The notes beneath the pieces were generated by a model. It was given only the letters and a program-made list of their open reading frames with translations. It was not told where the DNA came from and ran no database searches. From contig CM106585.1 in the NCBI GenBank assembly GCA_048013815.1, positions 21,762,001 to 21,826,000 on the forward strand: a stretch of 64,000 nt of DNA. Direction: 5' to 3'. Each line of letters starts with the position of its first letter. The stretch's first letter is position 1. Positions 41,981 through 53,088 of the stretch are shown here, one piece after another. The stretch comes from Setoptus koraiensis. Lineage: Eukaryota; Animalia; Arthropoda. A program made the translations under genes and the position numbers.

Positions 41981-44900
41981 ATGAGCGCCTACCTAGAGCA
42001 GGTGGGCACACCAAGGCAGCCCATCAACGATTATCATTACTTGTCTGGCCATAAACGAAGAAGACGAAAGAAAGTTATGAGAGTTATGGAAATAGGAGAA
42101 CAGAAAGGACAATTTTTTTGTTGCAGGTTGTTGTTAAAATCATTGGAAGCAACCATGATTAATCACTTGTTGTCAACGACTACAGTAAACGAAACTGCAA
42201 AAAAGTTATTACCACCTCGCGACAGTGCTAACTTACCACCAACAACAATCACCAAATTGAAGGAACACAAAGATGTTACCATATTAGCTGGCAAGCGACA
42301 ATTTCCTCTGGCAATGCTTGTGATGATAATTGTTTCTTTTTTCATTACCATCGCAATGCTATTACCAACAACACTGCCAATAATATATTTTATTGAAGCA
42401 CATCCATCTCATTCGGTGGCGTTGGTAGCGCCACCATTGTTAACCGATTTGGACTTAGATTGGACACCGCCAGTTAATCCATATCAAAATTATCCAGAAC
42501 AAGAGAGGACACTTAGGCAAATATCTATGCATTCAATTTGTGAGCCGGTTAGTCAAGCTAATGATCTCTATTTAAAATGCCCAAGTGAAGACCAATTTAT
42601 AGTGATATTTGAGAGCTACTATTCGGATACCTACGCAGACAGAGTGTGCAATTTGCTTGATACGGACAGATATGTTAATTTGACGGGAACACAATTGATC
42701 TCAATGTTCAAGCAATCGCTTTATAGTGATGATTCGCTTGCAATGAATCTAGAAGACCAACAAACGACCATGTCCAATAGTGCTAGACAGGCAGTAGCAG
42801 CCAATAGCAACAACAACATTGCTTGGATTAGTCAGGCGGGCAGATCCAACAAATTGAGACGCCCCACAATACTTAAGAGACCCAATTGTTTTAGTGATTT
42901 GCATAGTTCCTTCAATGACAGATGCAGTGGTCGCAACAGGTGCCATTTCAATGTTAGCCAAGATCATGTTTTGCCCAGTTGTGTTATGGGGCACCCTGGT
43001 CACGTTTATGCGCGCTATTTGTGTATAGATGACTCACTACTTACAAGATATTGCCTGAATGATGAGCCTAATGATTCAAAGCCGTCATCGGAAAATGGAA
43101 AATTGCCTTCGCTAGAAAGTGAAAATGGCCGATTGCGCAACAAGATAACTCGTGATGTCGTAGACGAGTTTGTATTGCCAAGTGACAGCGATTTTGGCTT
43201 TATCCAATCGCCTGGCTACCCCAACTACTATGCAACCTCGCTGGGTGGTAAAAAAGGCGCCTTAACCTGTAGCTGGCCAATAGAGGCTAGAGCTGGTCAA
43301 TTAATTACAGTGAAAGTTTTAGATGTTTCCGTTGCTCCTCATGAGGCTATAGTGAGTAAGCAGACTTCGTTGCGCGAAGACGACTCACAGCCAACAGAAG
43401 AGGATACATTGAAAGAGATATCACGTCTCATCAAAGACAAACAAACAGCACCAAATGTGAATATTTTTGGAATACTTGGATCGAAGCAACCGAGCAAGGC
43501 AACAAACAATGGTCAGGAACAGATGGTGGACCTGAGCGAAGTTGAGATCTTCAACAAGATTAGCAATAATCAAGAAGAGGATGAAATGAAAAGATTGCAA
43601 CGATTGAAGGCCAGCATTAGTGCCAAGTGTGACGATTATGATCAAATTTTGATTAGTGATTCCATTCAGCAGCATGATCAGGTGCCGACAAACTTCAATC
43701 GCGTTGGCGATTTTCAACATGAGGCCAGGTCTAGCCATCTGGAGAACATAAGACAATTGGCTCGTCGGCAGCATCGTCAAAAAATGTATCAGCGCATTAT
43801 GGACCGTCTAGGCAATAGTAGTTGGCAAGATTTTTCTAGCAACAACCAATTTGACGAAGATCTCATATCATATCTGTCTCTGACATGGACCAGCGAGGGC
43901 CAAGTGAATCTATGTTTGCCAGACCAATCGCTTCGACCAAGTAGGTTATCTTTTACATCGACAGATAACTTTTTAAATGTTAAATTAATCAGTAGTACAA
44001 GTATTAATGTGAACAAGCGTGGTGTATTATTATTTTATCACAAGCACGGCTGCCCATCTCTGAAATATCCACCTAAAAGATCTCATCTATTCTATAGAAA
44101 TTACACAACAGAAATATATGAATGCTTTAAGAATCATGTCTTTAATGATACTAGAACTAAATACAAGCTACGTCACTGTATAGACGACTACAGATGGGAC
44201 AATAGCATGACAGCGCCATGTGTTCTATATGATGACTTGATAGTTAGCAATGATAAAGAAAGTGGCACCACCAGTCAACCAGTAGAAATGGGCGGCTTTT
44301 CTGTCATGACAGATCCAAGCTTCGAGGAATTAAACATCAATCAAAACAATCCATTGCACAGTGCTTCCATGGTGTCCAATGAATCACCATCGTTTGGTAT
44401 GTTATCTCGAGCTCCTGCGACAAGCGGCAGACCTCAAACCGGCAATAACAACAAGAATGGTCAACAACAAACACAGGAACAGGTGGACAATAGTGCCGAA
44501 TTTAACCTGACACCAGTTAATATACCAGCTGTTGAGGTAGTTCGAAATTCACTAACAATGAAACAACCTAACTTTGACATAAATGAAGATTACTACAAGA
44601 GTGATAGTACAAACAACAGATTGTCTAATCCAACCACATTGAATAGAATGGAGCAACAACAGGCGCATAAATTAACTTGGCATGAGTTTTACACCATCAA
44701 TTGGGATAAGCGACTGTTGGCGCCAACACTATTCATACTAATACTGTTGATTATGGGCAACTTCTTGATATATTTCGTAGTCAAACGAGCTCACAACAGC
44801 CTTAGATTAAGACGTCGGAAGCGTCATTATCAATCAGATTATTCTGTGAGTGTTGGCATGACATTATAACGATGTTCGCTGCCTATGGTCAAGAATGCAA

Positions 44901-45619
44901 ATGAAGAAGGGCATTCAACGTTAAAAGCAACTAACAACAAACAACAGCTACTAATCAAAGAGTCTAAAAGGAAAGCAACATTAGACGCTTCTAAACATAG
45001 CGGCATCAATCATCTTTATGAGACCATTAAGGATACTACCTTAAATGGTAATCAGATTGGCAACGAAGAAAGTCAAGCTATGTTGTCCAATACTGATACT
45101 ACTAATTGTAGTCCAATTAAAGAGATAGAAGCCAAAGACTCTGATGAGTGGCCAACTGACTATAGGCGGCGGTTAAACATAAAATGTCTGCAGCAGCAAC
45201 AGCTAGATGGAAATAAAACAAATAATGATATGATCACGACGACAACAATTGAGCATTTAGAGACGGATATTACAGAGTATGAAGAGAGAAAAAAAAGAAT
45301 GGAGGCTCTATTACATATGAAACAAGCACCAAAGGCTAGTGTTGAATTGGACCCGTCATTGAGTGAATTGCGATCAATTGTTAGCGAGTATGAGAATTTA
45401 AACACTCTCAATGATGCTGAAGAATATAATGATGATGACTCAATTATGTATAGACCAGCAAGAGAATTTGAAGCTACCAAGTTAAACCAACAACAAGAGC
45501 AAATGGAAAACCATCGACTACTGGCCAGTCCGAGCTCTCTTAATACTATGAGCTTGGCGACCGTGACATTAAACGATGACGAAGATAATTCTATAGTGCA
45601 ACAAATGAGCCGAGGCTAA
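41981..45619 (+). CDS. Type I membrane protein: galactose-binding (SUEL)-like lectin domain, CUB domain, sushi/CCP domain, TM and cytoplasmic tail
   Basis: Hydrophobic segment MLVMIIVSFFITIAMLL (M112, 42314; possible true start or signal). Lectin-like LYLKCP...CSGRNRCHF...YARYLC. CUB GFIQSPGYPNYY...CSWPI...VKVLD...FTSTDNFLNVKL...RGVLLFY. Sushi GCP...YEC...C...W...PC. TM LLAPTLFILILLIMGNFLIYFVV. ORF 41981-44869 is in the same frame as ORF 44885-45619, and they can be joined by a GTGAGT...AG intron at 44846-44893. There is a strong acceptor at 41946-47, upstream of the ATG. Confidence 0.85.
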
Positions 45620-47157
45620 TCTTCCAAACGACAAAATCTGAGAATGGTGCTTCTTTTTTTTTGTTATTGAAACTGATCACTGGACATGATCTGTTGATGG
45701 CAGCATCACAGTCCCAATGGTCATTGGTGTATTGTCTGGCTGAGACTTTTGTAAACTCTCAGAAGGAATGCATTGAAGAAAACAACGTCAGTCATTGATT
45801 CTGTGACGATAAATATGGTTGGATTAGATCCAGATCTTGAGCAGAACTAATTCTTGTGTGAATCAAAATCGAATCAATTAGAAAATTCATCATTGCCATT
45901 GTCATCGTCGTCAATTGTTCTGGTGTCTACTATGTTATGCAGTCATTGCGAAACATTTGCGCATGACTAGACACGGATCCCTTTTTTATATTGGTGCCTG
46001 CTTTCGCCAAGATGTTCAATTATCTTTCAGAAGAAACTGGCATAACATCGAAGAGCGAGATCATTTAAGACAAACTAATGCCAGTAGCTAGTCAGAAATT
46101 TGACGAGACATGAGATTGGGCATTTCACTCTAACCAACTATCTCCGCTGGGAGAGTTCTATCACCACCTATTATGAAGTGCATGGAGCAGTAAAAAAGAC
46201 AACGCCAACAAGAGATCCTTCAAGTTTTCCTTGATCTTCCATGATGATGGCCTTCGATATAGACAAGAAGCTTGGATTACTATTCTTGTTCCAAGAAACA
46301 TCTTCATTGACGACCTCATGCTGAACATAAGGAAGATCATTAACATCTTAATACAACAATAATGGTTCATTGACAAGTCTGCCAGCTTAAGCAATTGTGA
46401 TGACGATGTTAAAACTGCACAAATGCAACTAATAAACTATCGTCACGCGAGAGATGTACATAGAGAGGGTGGAACGAAAGAAATATTTGTTGATCCAACT
46501 AATTATCCAACTATACAATCATGGAACTTAAACAGGGATATATAGTAATAATATACCAAGTTGTTAGCATTAATCACCCACTAAATTAATACAGCACAAC
46601 AACAGTTAAAAAAAAACGTTGTGTACTATATGTTTATAATGCTGCATGAATACCATTATATAATGTATATTGTGTATGTGAAATATATATATATATATAT
46701 ACGTAAATTAATGTTATAAAGTTAATAACACATAGTGAAGCATATCAAATTGAAAGTGCCATACACACCAACCGAAACATTGGTTGCAACATTCTCAATA
46801 AATCTTTTCTAATCATCATAAGGATCATTCAGACGATCCGGAGATGATCCCCTATACCAATATTTTGTTTTGTTGAGTTTTCAGAAGGCAATAAAGAGTG
46901 AGAAACTGTCAGAATTAGGAAGAGGTCATCTACCAGGATGTAATGCATGCACTCATAACTCTTGTAGGTATATGGCGCGAGTAGATTCTTCGTTGCAGAA
47001 ATATTACCTAATAATGGACAAGATTTTGGAGATGGAATTTAGAGAGATGGTTGAAATTTTCATCTCTGTTTGAATGGCAAGGTTGAAGAGATCTAAAAAT
47101 ACATGATGGAGTTATGCAGTAGATGATTTCGAGGGAAAATAAAATGGCAAAAAGTTT

Positions 47158-47241
47158 TGTCAGAAGTGGGATTCGAACCCACGCGTAGTTACCTACAATA
47201 GAACTTGAGTCTACCGCCTTAGACCACTCGGCCATCCTGAC
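47158..47241 (-). tRNA. trnL-CAA: tRNA-Leu(CAA), intronless
   Basis: Minus strand reads GTCAGGATGGCCGAGTGGTCTAAGGCG GTAGA-CT CAA GT-TCTAT TGTAG-GTAA-CTACG CGTGGGTTCGAATCCCAC TTCTGAC A. A box, B box, long variable arm and a downstream TTTTT terminator (47149-47153) are present. Confidence 0.97.
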
Positions 47242-47287
47242 TTATATTAGGGTCTATCTTTTATTGTGTATTTATTTCACTTGATGT

Positions 47288-47744
47288 TTATGAGTAGTAC
47301 GGTCTCAAATTCTGGCCCCGGATCTTGCTGGACAACAATGTATCCCTGCACTTTGAAATTCTGTAGTCCAGTAACACTCACAACGTTACCATATCCTCGA
47401 TGACATCGATATCAACAAAATTCTGTAACAGATTGACTACCTTGTGAGTGCGCCATTTTGTATTTCACAATAATCTGAAACGAAAACATGAAAATGTTGC
47501 AACATATAGATGAGGAAACTGTAAATTTGGTAAAGTTGAGCAATGAAACTCTTCCAATATATCTTATCCGATTTGTAAGTCTTTGTTCAACACTTCCTGG
47601 CGGTCTTATGCAGTCGCTAGTTGAAGGTCAATGATCGCATTATTTACATTTGTATGCTGTGCAACAGAGCGCCAAAAGAGTGCAACATGCTAGCTGTGCG
47701 CCACTGAGCTCCACGTGCTCGTCTTTGTTTGAAAGTGTCGGCAT
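47288..47744 (-). CDS. Candidate small 3-exon gene (67 aa, Cys-rich hydrophobic segment), unrecognised
   Basis: Exons 47744-47648, 47474-47441 and 47360-47288 with GTAAAT..TTTCAG (173 nt) and GTAGTC..CTACAG (80 nt) introns. They give MPTLSNKDEHVELSGAQLACCTLLALCCTAYKYYCEIQNGALTRISKCRDTLLSSKIRGQNLRPYYS*, followed by two AATAAA. No homology recognised, and other frames are possible. Confidence 0.25.
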
Positions 47745-47995
47745 TTTGTTAGAATTATCATGAAATCGACAGATTGATCTCGCCGGTGCAATCATTTGCT
47801 ACTGTTGCCACCACTGACTACTTTACAACTACCATAATTATTACTGTTGTCTGCGTCTATTCTTCATAATCATAAACTCATATTGAATGGTAAAATGAGA
47901 TAGTGTTAGTATTGAAATAATATTCTTATTATCACCTGCACTAACCCAACCACCAACCACCAACCACCAAACCAACCAACCTATCGAAGAACCCA

Positions 47996-50900
47996 ATGGA
48001 AGCCGAAGATAAACCATTTGATGGATTGGCTCCGTTCGGCCCCAACAACGCTGCCTCAACCGAAGAGAGAATAATTCAACTAGAAGAAGGTATCAACGCA
48101 GACTTACAACGCAACGAGGCAGACCAAGGTCCTCTGCTTCTCTACGATGTTCTGCCGCCTGTATTGCCTGAGGCCGGCGATTGTATTGCATCGAAATATC
48201 AATGTAAAACCATAAAGCCTCCCACTGAGCTGCTAGAGGATGAGGAATTGTTTGGGCTAAGATCCAAGTATCGCAATGAACTTAGTTATCAGAGCCAATA
48301 TCAAAATGTTGATTGTATCACATTTGCTGTGAAACATTTCTGTGACAATCAAACTTATGAATCTATAAAACGTCTCACCAAATATGACACACGATTGAAT
48401 TCGATGGCCGACGCAACAAGCATTCGTTATCCGTTTCCATTGCAAATTCATTGCTGGCCTCAAATGGACTCCGCCAAATGGCCGCTACTCTGTGTTGGAC
48501 CAAAAAAATCTGGCAAAACTATCTGCTATGTTTTCTACATAATGTGTTGTAGTATCAATGGAACAATCCCAAAAAATTTAGACAGTGACAATGTAGCAAT
48601 AACCCAAGAGTCTACAAGTGGCATTCAGTCTGTTTGTGATTTAGAGCATACGTTAAACAGATTGGATATACAGAGGAATAGCACGGGCATCTCTTCTGAA
48701 GAGGAAGATAGCGACGGCGAAGATTATAACAAAATAGACGAAAAATATGCAAGACTAAACAACAACAACAACGAAAATATCCCTAATGCATACGATTCAT
48801 TAGAGGAAATCGAATCAAACCACAATGCATCCACGTTCATGTCCTGCAAGCCTAGTTATTTTATTGTCTGTCCAACAACACGAGATGCAGGTTATGTGTC
48901 GCGCTCATTCAAAGAATTCACAGCTTGTGCACAGGGTGCCCCCGGTCCAAAAGTAGCTTGTTTATCAGAACATGACGATCCAGACTCATCCATCTTGGCC
49001 CTAAACGGATGTGATGTTCTAATTTCAACTCCACGGCTACTAGTAACCTATTTACTCAAGAAATGTATATCACTCGCTGGTTGTAAGAAATTTATTATAG
49101 ACGACTTGGACAGAACACTTCGACTACACAATACTGAGACGAGTAAAATTGTCAAAATATTAGTGGCATTCTCAAACATAAGTTTGATCGAAGGCGTCAA
49201 TAGCGATAGCGAACGTCCACCCAATTTTCAATGGGTTCTATTTGCTGAAAAATGGACAAATCTAGTTAAAATATTTACAGAAACTATATTAGTACAACCT
49301 AATATTATATTCGCTTCGACACTAGAGGCTGCATTATATTCTAACACGCGATTCGAAGTTGAAAATTGTGCTTCATATCAAGCTAAACTTACACACCTAG
49401 AGACAATATTGGATGTGAATGAAAAATCTGGTCAACGTATTGGTATTGTTTGCAGTTCACAGGAAATGGCTAAATCTCTGAATGATCAACTCAAGAAAGA
49501 TGGCTATCATACCTCTTTGGTCGAAAGTAATAGAGTCGAGGCCGCAATCAATCCCCACAACAAGCGCCTTTCCATGTTGAAAACCAAACGGCCATTCTAT
49601 GTGCTCTCTGATTCTTCTCTTGATCAGTCGGTTGAACAGCTGAACTCGTTGAATTGTCTAATTCACTATGATCTACCTAAAAAATCACGTTCTGAGTTTG
49701 ATAACAGATTCAAAGTTATGAGCCAATCCATCAAGAGTTCCACCCCAACAACAACTTACATACTATTATCCACTGAAGATAGCAAGCAAGCTCAAGATCT
49801 CTGTGACGCTATGACCAGATCTCAAAATATATCGAACAGTTCCAAGTGCGAGCTTAAATCGCTCAGATTGAAGTATCCCCGTCAGTTATGCTGGAGATTC
49901 GCCGCATTAGGTATATGTCGTCTAGAGATGTTACACAAAAGTGATCTCAGCGGATCGTCCTGTCCATTCAGGCACGTAATAGCATCGCCTGAAATTCCTC
50001 GCAATAGCGACGTCACTTCTTTCGACTATTTAAGTAACATCAATTCATCAGTGCAACTTAGAATAATTATAACTCATGTAATAAGTCCTAGTGAATTTTA
50101 CTTTAGAGCTGAGGCTTATAGAACTTTCAATGATGCATCAGGTGACTGGACTTTACTAAGGCGCCGTTACTCAATCGAGGACATGGAAGCGGTCCTATAT
50201 CAATTCAAAAACTCGCCCAGTGGTAGCTTGTCTTTGGAAGCTCTAGATCGCGATAAGATTTACGGATTCTATTCTCGAGAAGAGAGAAAAGTGCATCGCG
50301 TTCGATGTATCGATAAAGATGGAGACTGGTATCTTGCTGTAGGTATTCACCAAAACAATGGTATTGAAAATCTCGCCGGAAATTTCCAGGGACGAAGATT
50401 GAATACCCTACAAGTCAAAGTTTCTCACATAGACTATGGTCATCGAAGCCATATCTACGTAAAAAATTTATTCGAATTGCCCGAAAATATATCAAAAGTT
50501 CCGCCTCTAACTTTTAGAGGCTTCAATGTCGGCATCAAGCCTCCTGCAGACGAACCTGATTGGCCATACAGATCGACGAAGTTCTTCTATGATAATATTG
50601 TTGTCCCGAATATATACCATGTTACTGCCTGGACTCGTCTGATCAAAGAAAATACCTTCTGGCTGGAAAAATTGCAGGTCAAGAGGTATCTGGAGAACAT
50701 TTCGAGACAATCAGACTGTAATCTATTCGTTACCAAGGAACCCAATCAAGTTCTAATTGAAGCTCATTTGGCGGAGAAAAACCTTCAAATTTCTCAATTT
50801 CTAATGCCGAGCTCATATTTGGAGACTTTGTCGAAATGGCATTCCATCAAATTGGACGAACTAGCCACAAATGCTTTCCTAAGAACAGATCAAATCGTTG

Positions 50901-51694
50901 TTTCTGTCTACTTATCCTTATTTTATTCTTTAGATGAGATCTATCTTCGCAACTACGACTATAATGAGCAGCTCATCAATTTGGAAGATTTGATGAGGGA
51001 AAACTTGGATAGATTGAAGCCTCTGAAATACTTCGAACCTGGAATCATCTGCCTGGCTAAATTTGATGAGCCATATAGCCCTATCAATAGATGTAGGATA
51101 AACTCATCACTTAGTACCAAGGGTAGATACAGAGTTTTTTGCGTTGACCATGGTGATTACAAGGAAGTCGGCGAAAAGGACTTGTTCCAGTGCGACAAGT
51201 CATACATCACTCGCCTTCCTTTTCAAGCTATAAGGGTGGGATTGTATGGTGTCGTAGATAATGAGCCACTATGCGATAGCGATCAATTGTATTTATCAAA
51301 TCTAGCTTATGACTTGACTAGGGACAAAAACGACAATTTGATAAAATTGAAGTGTTTTGTTCGAAAAGAAGATGGAGGCTACAAAGTAGAACTTTTTTAT
51401 CCCACGAATAATTTTGAAGCGTACGCTCCTTTGGTGGTACAATTTGAGAAAAATGGATTGATTTTCAAACCTAGTTGTTCCCGTGATTTATTGCATCCAG
51501 ATTCATTAAGTAACGATCCAACAAACGTTAGTGTTTTTTTCTATGACCATGTATTAACTATAGTGACGGAAATAGCGAAAGAGACTTTATCAGCCATCAA
51601 GAAAGAGAGGGATGATTCGCTAAAGGAGACGGTACCTAAAAGTAAAGGTCGTAGACAGAGAGTTCTACAGACATTGGCGAAAAAAAGGCTATAA
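47996..51694 (+). CDS. TDRD12: TDRD12/BoYb-like Tudor-domain DEAD-box-related protein (piRNA pathway), single exon, 1232 aa
   Basis: Q-motif-like YPFPLQIHCWP; motif I GPKKSGKT; Ia VCPT; Ib DVLISTP; motif II DDLD; LIHYDLP. CCCH-like CWRFAALGIC...CPFRH. Two extended Tudor units (ITHVISPSEFY...HIDYGH; CLAKF...RCRI...CVDHGD...LPFQAIRVGL). Confidence 0.85.
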   Translation: MEAEDKPFDGLAPFGPNNAASTEERIIQLEEGINADLQRNEADQGPLLLYDVLPPVLPEAGDCIASKYQCKTIKPPTELLEDEELFGLRSKYRNELSYQSQYQNVDCITFAVKHFCDNQTYESIKRLTKYDTRLNSMADATSIRYPFPLQIHCWPQMDSAKWPLLCVGPKKSGKTICYVFYIMCCSINGTIPKNLDSDNVAITQESTSGIQSVCDLEHTLNRLDIQRNSTGISSEEEDSDGEDYNKIDEKYARLNNNNNENIPNAYDSLEEIESNHNASTFMSCKPSYFIVCPTTRDAGYVSRSFKEFTACAQGAPGPKVACLSEHDDPDSSILALNGCDVLISTPRLLVTYLLKKCISLAGCKKFIIDDLDRTLRLHNTETSKIVKILVAFSNISLIEGVNSDSERPPNFQWVLFAEKWTNLVKIFTETILVQPNIIFASTLEAALYSNTRFEVENCASYQAKLTHLETILDVNEKSGQRIGIVCSSQEMAKSLNDQLKKDGYHTSLVESNRVEAAINPHNKRLSMLKTKRPFYVLSDSSLDQSVEQLNSLNCLIHYDLPKKSRSEFDNRFKVMSQSIKSSTPTTTYILLSTEDSKQAQDLCDAMTRSQNISNSSKCELKSLRLKYPRQLCWRFAALGICRLEMLHKSDLSGSSCPFRHVIASPEIPRNSDVTSFDYLSNINSSVQLRIIITHVISPSEFYFRAEAYRTFNDASGDWTLLRRRYSIEDMEAVLYQFKNSPSGSLSLEALDRDKIYGFYSREERKVHRVRCIDKDGDWYLAVGIHQNNGIENLAGNFQGRRLNTLQVKVSHIDYGHRSHIYVKNLFELPENISKVPPLTFRGFNVGIKPPADEPDWPYRSTKFFYDNIVVPNIYHVTAWTRLIKENTFWLEKLQVKRYLENISRQSDCNLFVTKEPNQVLIEAHLAEKNLQISQFLMPSSYLETLSKWHSIKLDELATNAFLRTDQIVVSVYLSLFYSLDEIYLRNYDYNEQLINLEDLMRENLDRLKPLKYFEPGIICLAKFDEPYSPINRCRINSSLSTKGRYRVFCVDHGDYKEVGEKDLFQCDKSYITRLPFQAIRVGLYGVVDNEPLCDSDQLYLSNLAYDLTRDKNDNLIKLKCFVRKEDGGYKVELFYPTNNFEAYAPLVVQFEKNGLIFKPSCSRDLLHPDSLSNDPTNVSVFFYDHVLTIVTEIAKETLSAIKKERDDSLKETVPKSKGRRQRVLQTLAKKRL

Positions 51695-52029
51695 ATACAA
51701 AAGAACAATATTCCTCCGAACACATTCCTCACCACTACATATGTATGCAAGTTAAAATTATAATACTATTTTATATTCCTGATTACTTATGTTTTGTTTT
51801 AGACTGACGGTGATAAAAACCTGTGACCAACGCGAACCTCTCGCTCAGAGACTTCATACGTTTTTAAAAACAATAACATACATTTTTATAATGTGGGCTA
51901 TTGTGTCGTCAGCTGACCAGATAATATAAACGTATAATGGTTTTGACATTATTGGCGAAATTGCTTTACGACTCTCACTAATTTATAATACATAGTAAAA
52001 ATAAAGCCATAAATATCCATCGATAGAAA

Positions 52030-52659
52030 ATGTCGCTTAGAAAGTTATGGATAATATCAATTGATGATTCCAAGACGGTTTACACGCGTCTATTCTCAAG
52101 CATTGAATTATTAGCTCTCAAAAGGAACGCACTGCCTGTCGAAGTATTTGATGATGGCACGTTTGTGGATAGAATATCAAGACTTCTATCTGTAGGAAAA
52201 CACCAGAGCTTGGATGATGTTCATCTGGATTGTAAAACCCTAAACCAGCTACCGGTTCTCAGAGTGACAGACGATATCGGTAGAAGTCTTTGGCCTGTGC
52301 TAATAGTACAACAAGATAGATTATTATTCTGTGGCCTGCCACTTATACAAAACCAATCTAGTCAATTGATTATAGATGAACCAGGTGTAACTGAGGCTTT
52401 AGTAACATTACAAAGTTTGATTGCATATTATGTGTCCGAGAAGGTACGTAATGGTGATATTTCGGTTATTAAACAAGGTGACCACGCTAACCATGTTACT
52501 TATTCGATTCAGCAAGAACACTAATGCTCATTTGCATGTTATTCTAATTTACTTGTTCGTTCCCTCGTGTAGCAGCTCTCATCTTTGGAGTCATTTATCA
52601 CAAGTAAAATGCCGTTTGGTAAATTGTTATCCGAGTTAATCTCTACCAAAACAGTTTGA
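52030..52659 (+). CDS. AP5M1: AP-5 complex subunit mu-1-like, N-terminal (longin-like) part only, ~166 aa
   Basis: Exon 1 52030-52443 (MSLRKLWIIS...YTRLFSSIE...SLWPVLIVQQDRLLFCGLPL...EPGVTEAL) matches the AP5M1 N-terminus as I recall it (xRxxWLIS, LWPV, ACVPL, GVSQ). AAG|GTACGT donor; TGTAG| acceptor at 52572. Exon 2 QLSSLESFITSKMPFGKLL matches the CPFG motif and stops at TGA 52657-59. Confidence 0.7.
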
Positions 52660-53088
52660 TACGCCTTGTAATATTGATTGAGTAAGAACTGTAATAATCT
52701 CGCCAATAAAGTAAATTTGGTGCACCACATTGTTAGTTCTAATGCACTTGATGAAAATCTATGCTGCCAGAGGGAGTAAAAGGTAGCAGCCAATAGGCTC
52801 GTGCTACGAGCCATTCAGTATAGCGTGCAATTTGTTTAGTGGTGACGAGTTTATCACAAGGATGCTGAGCTGTTGAGACAAGAATGAAGCATGTGTTTTT
52901 ACATAAATATACTACCATTAGTTTTCATATAGCAGATATTAACCCCAATTATTTTGAGGTATTCACCTTATAGATTGGTTTTACATCCCTATTATCTTCA
53001 ACTATACCAACGACGAAGCAATCACAATCAATCGAGAGAAAAAATATCTCAATCTTAGAATTGAACAGATTCACAATAATTCATCGAG

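Noticed and set aside
46171-46346. Minus-strand exon-like frame DVNDLPYVQHEVV...VGVVFFTAPCTS*
   Set aside because: No upstream exon or homology identified, and the same frame downstream has a random-like density of stops.
47277-47456. Minus-strand frame with an in-frame TGA in a C-U-x-x-C context (possible selenoprotein)
   Set aside because: AATAAA and the tRNA follow within ~40 nt, leaving no room for a SECIS element. It matches no selenoprotein family I know, and the TGA falls inside the intron of the alternative model.
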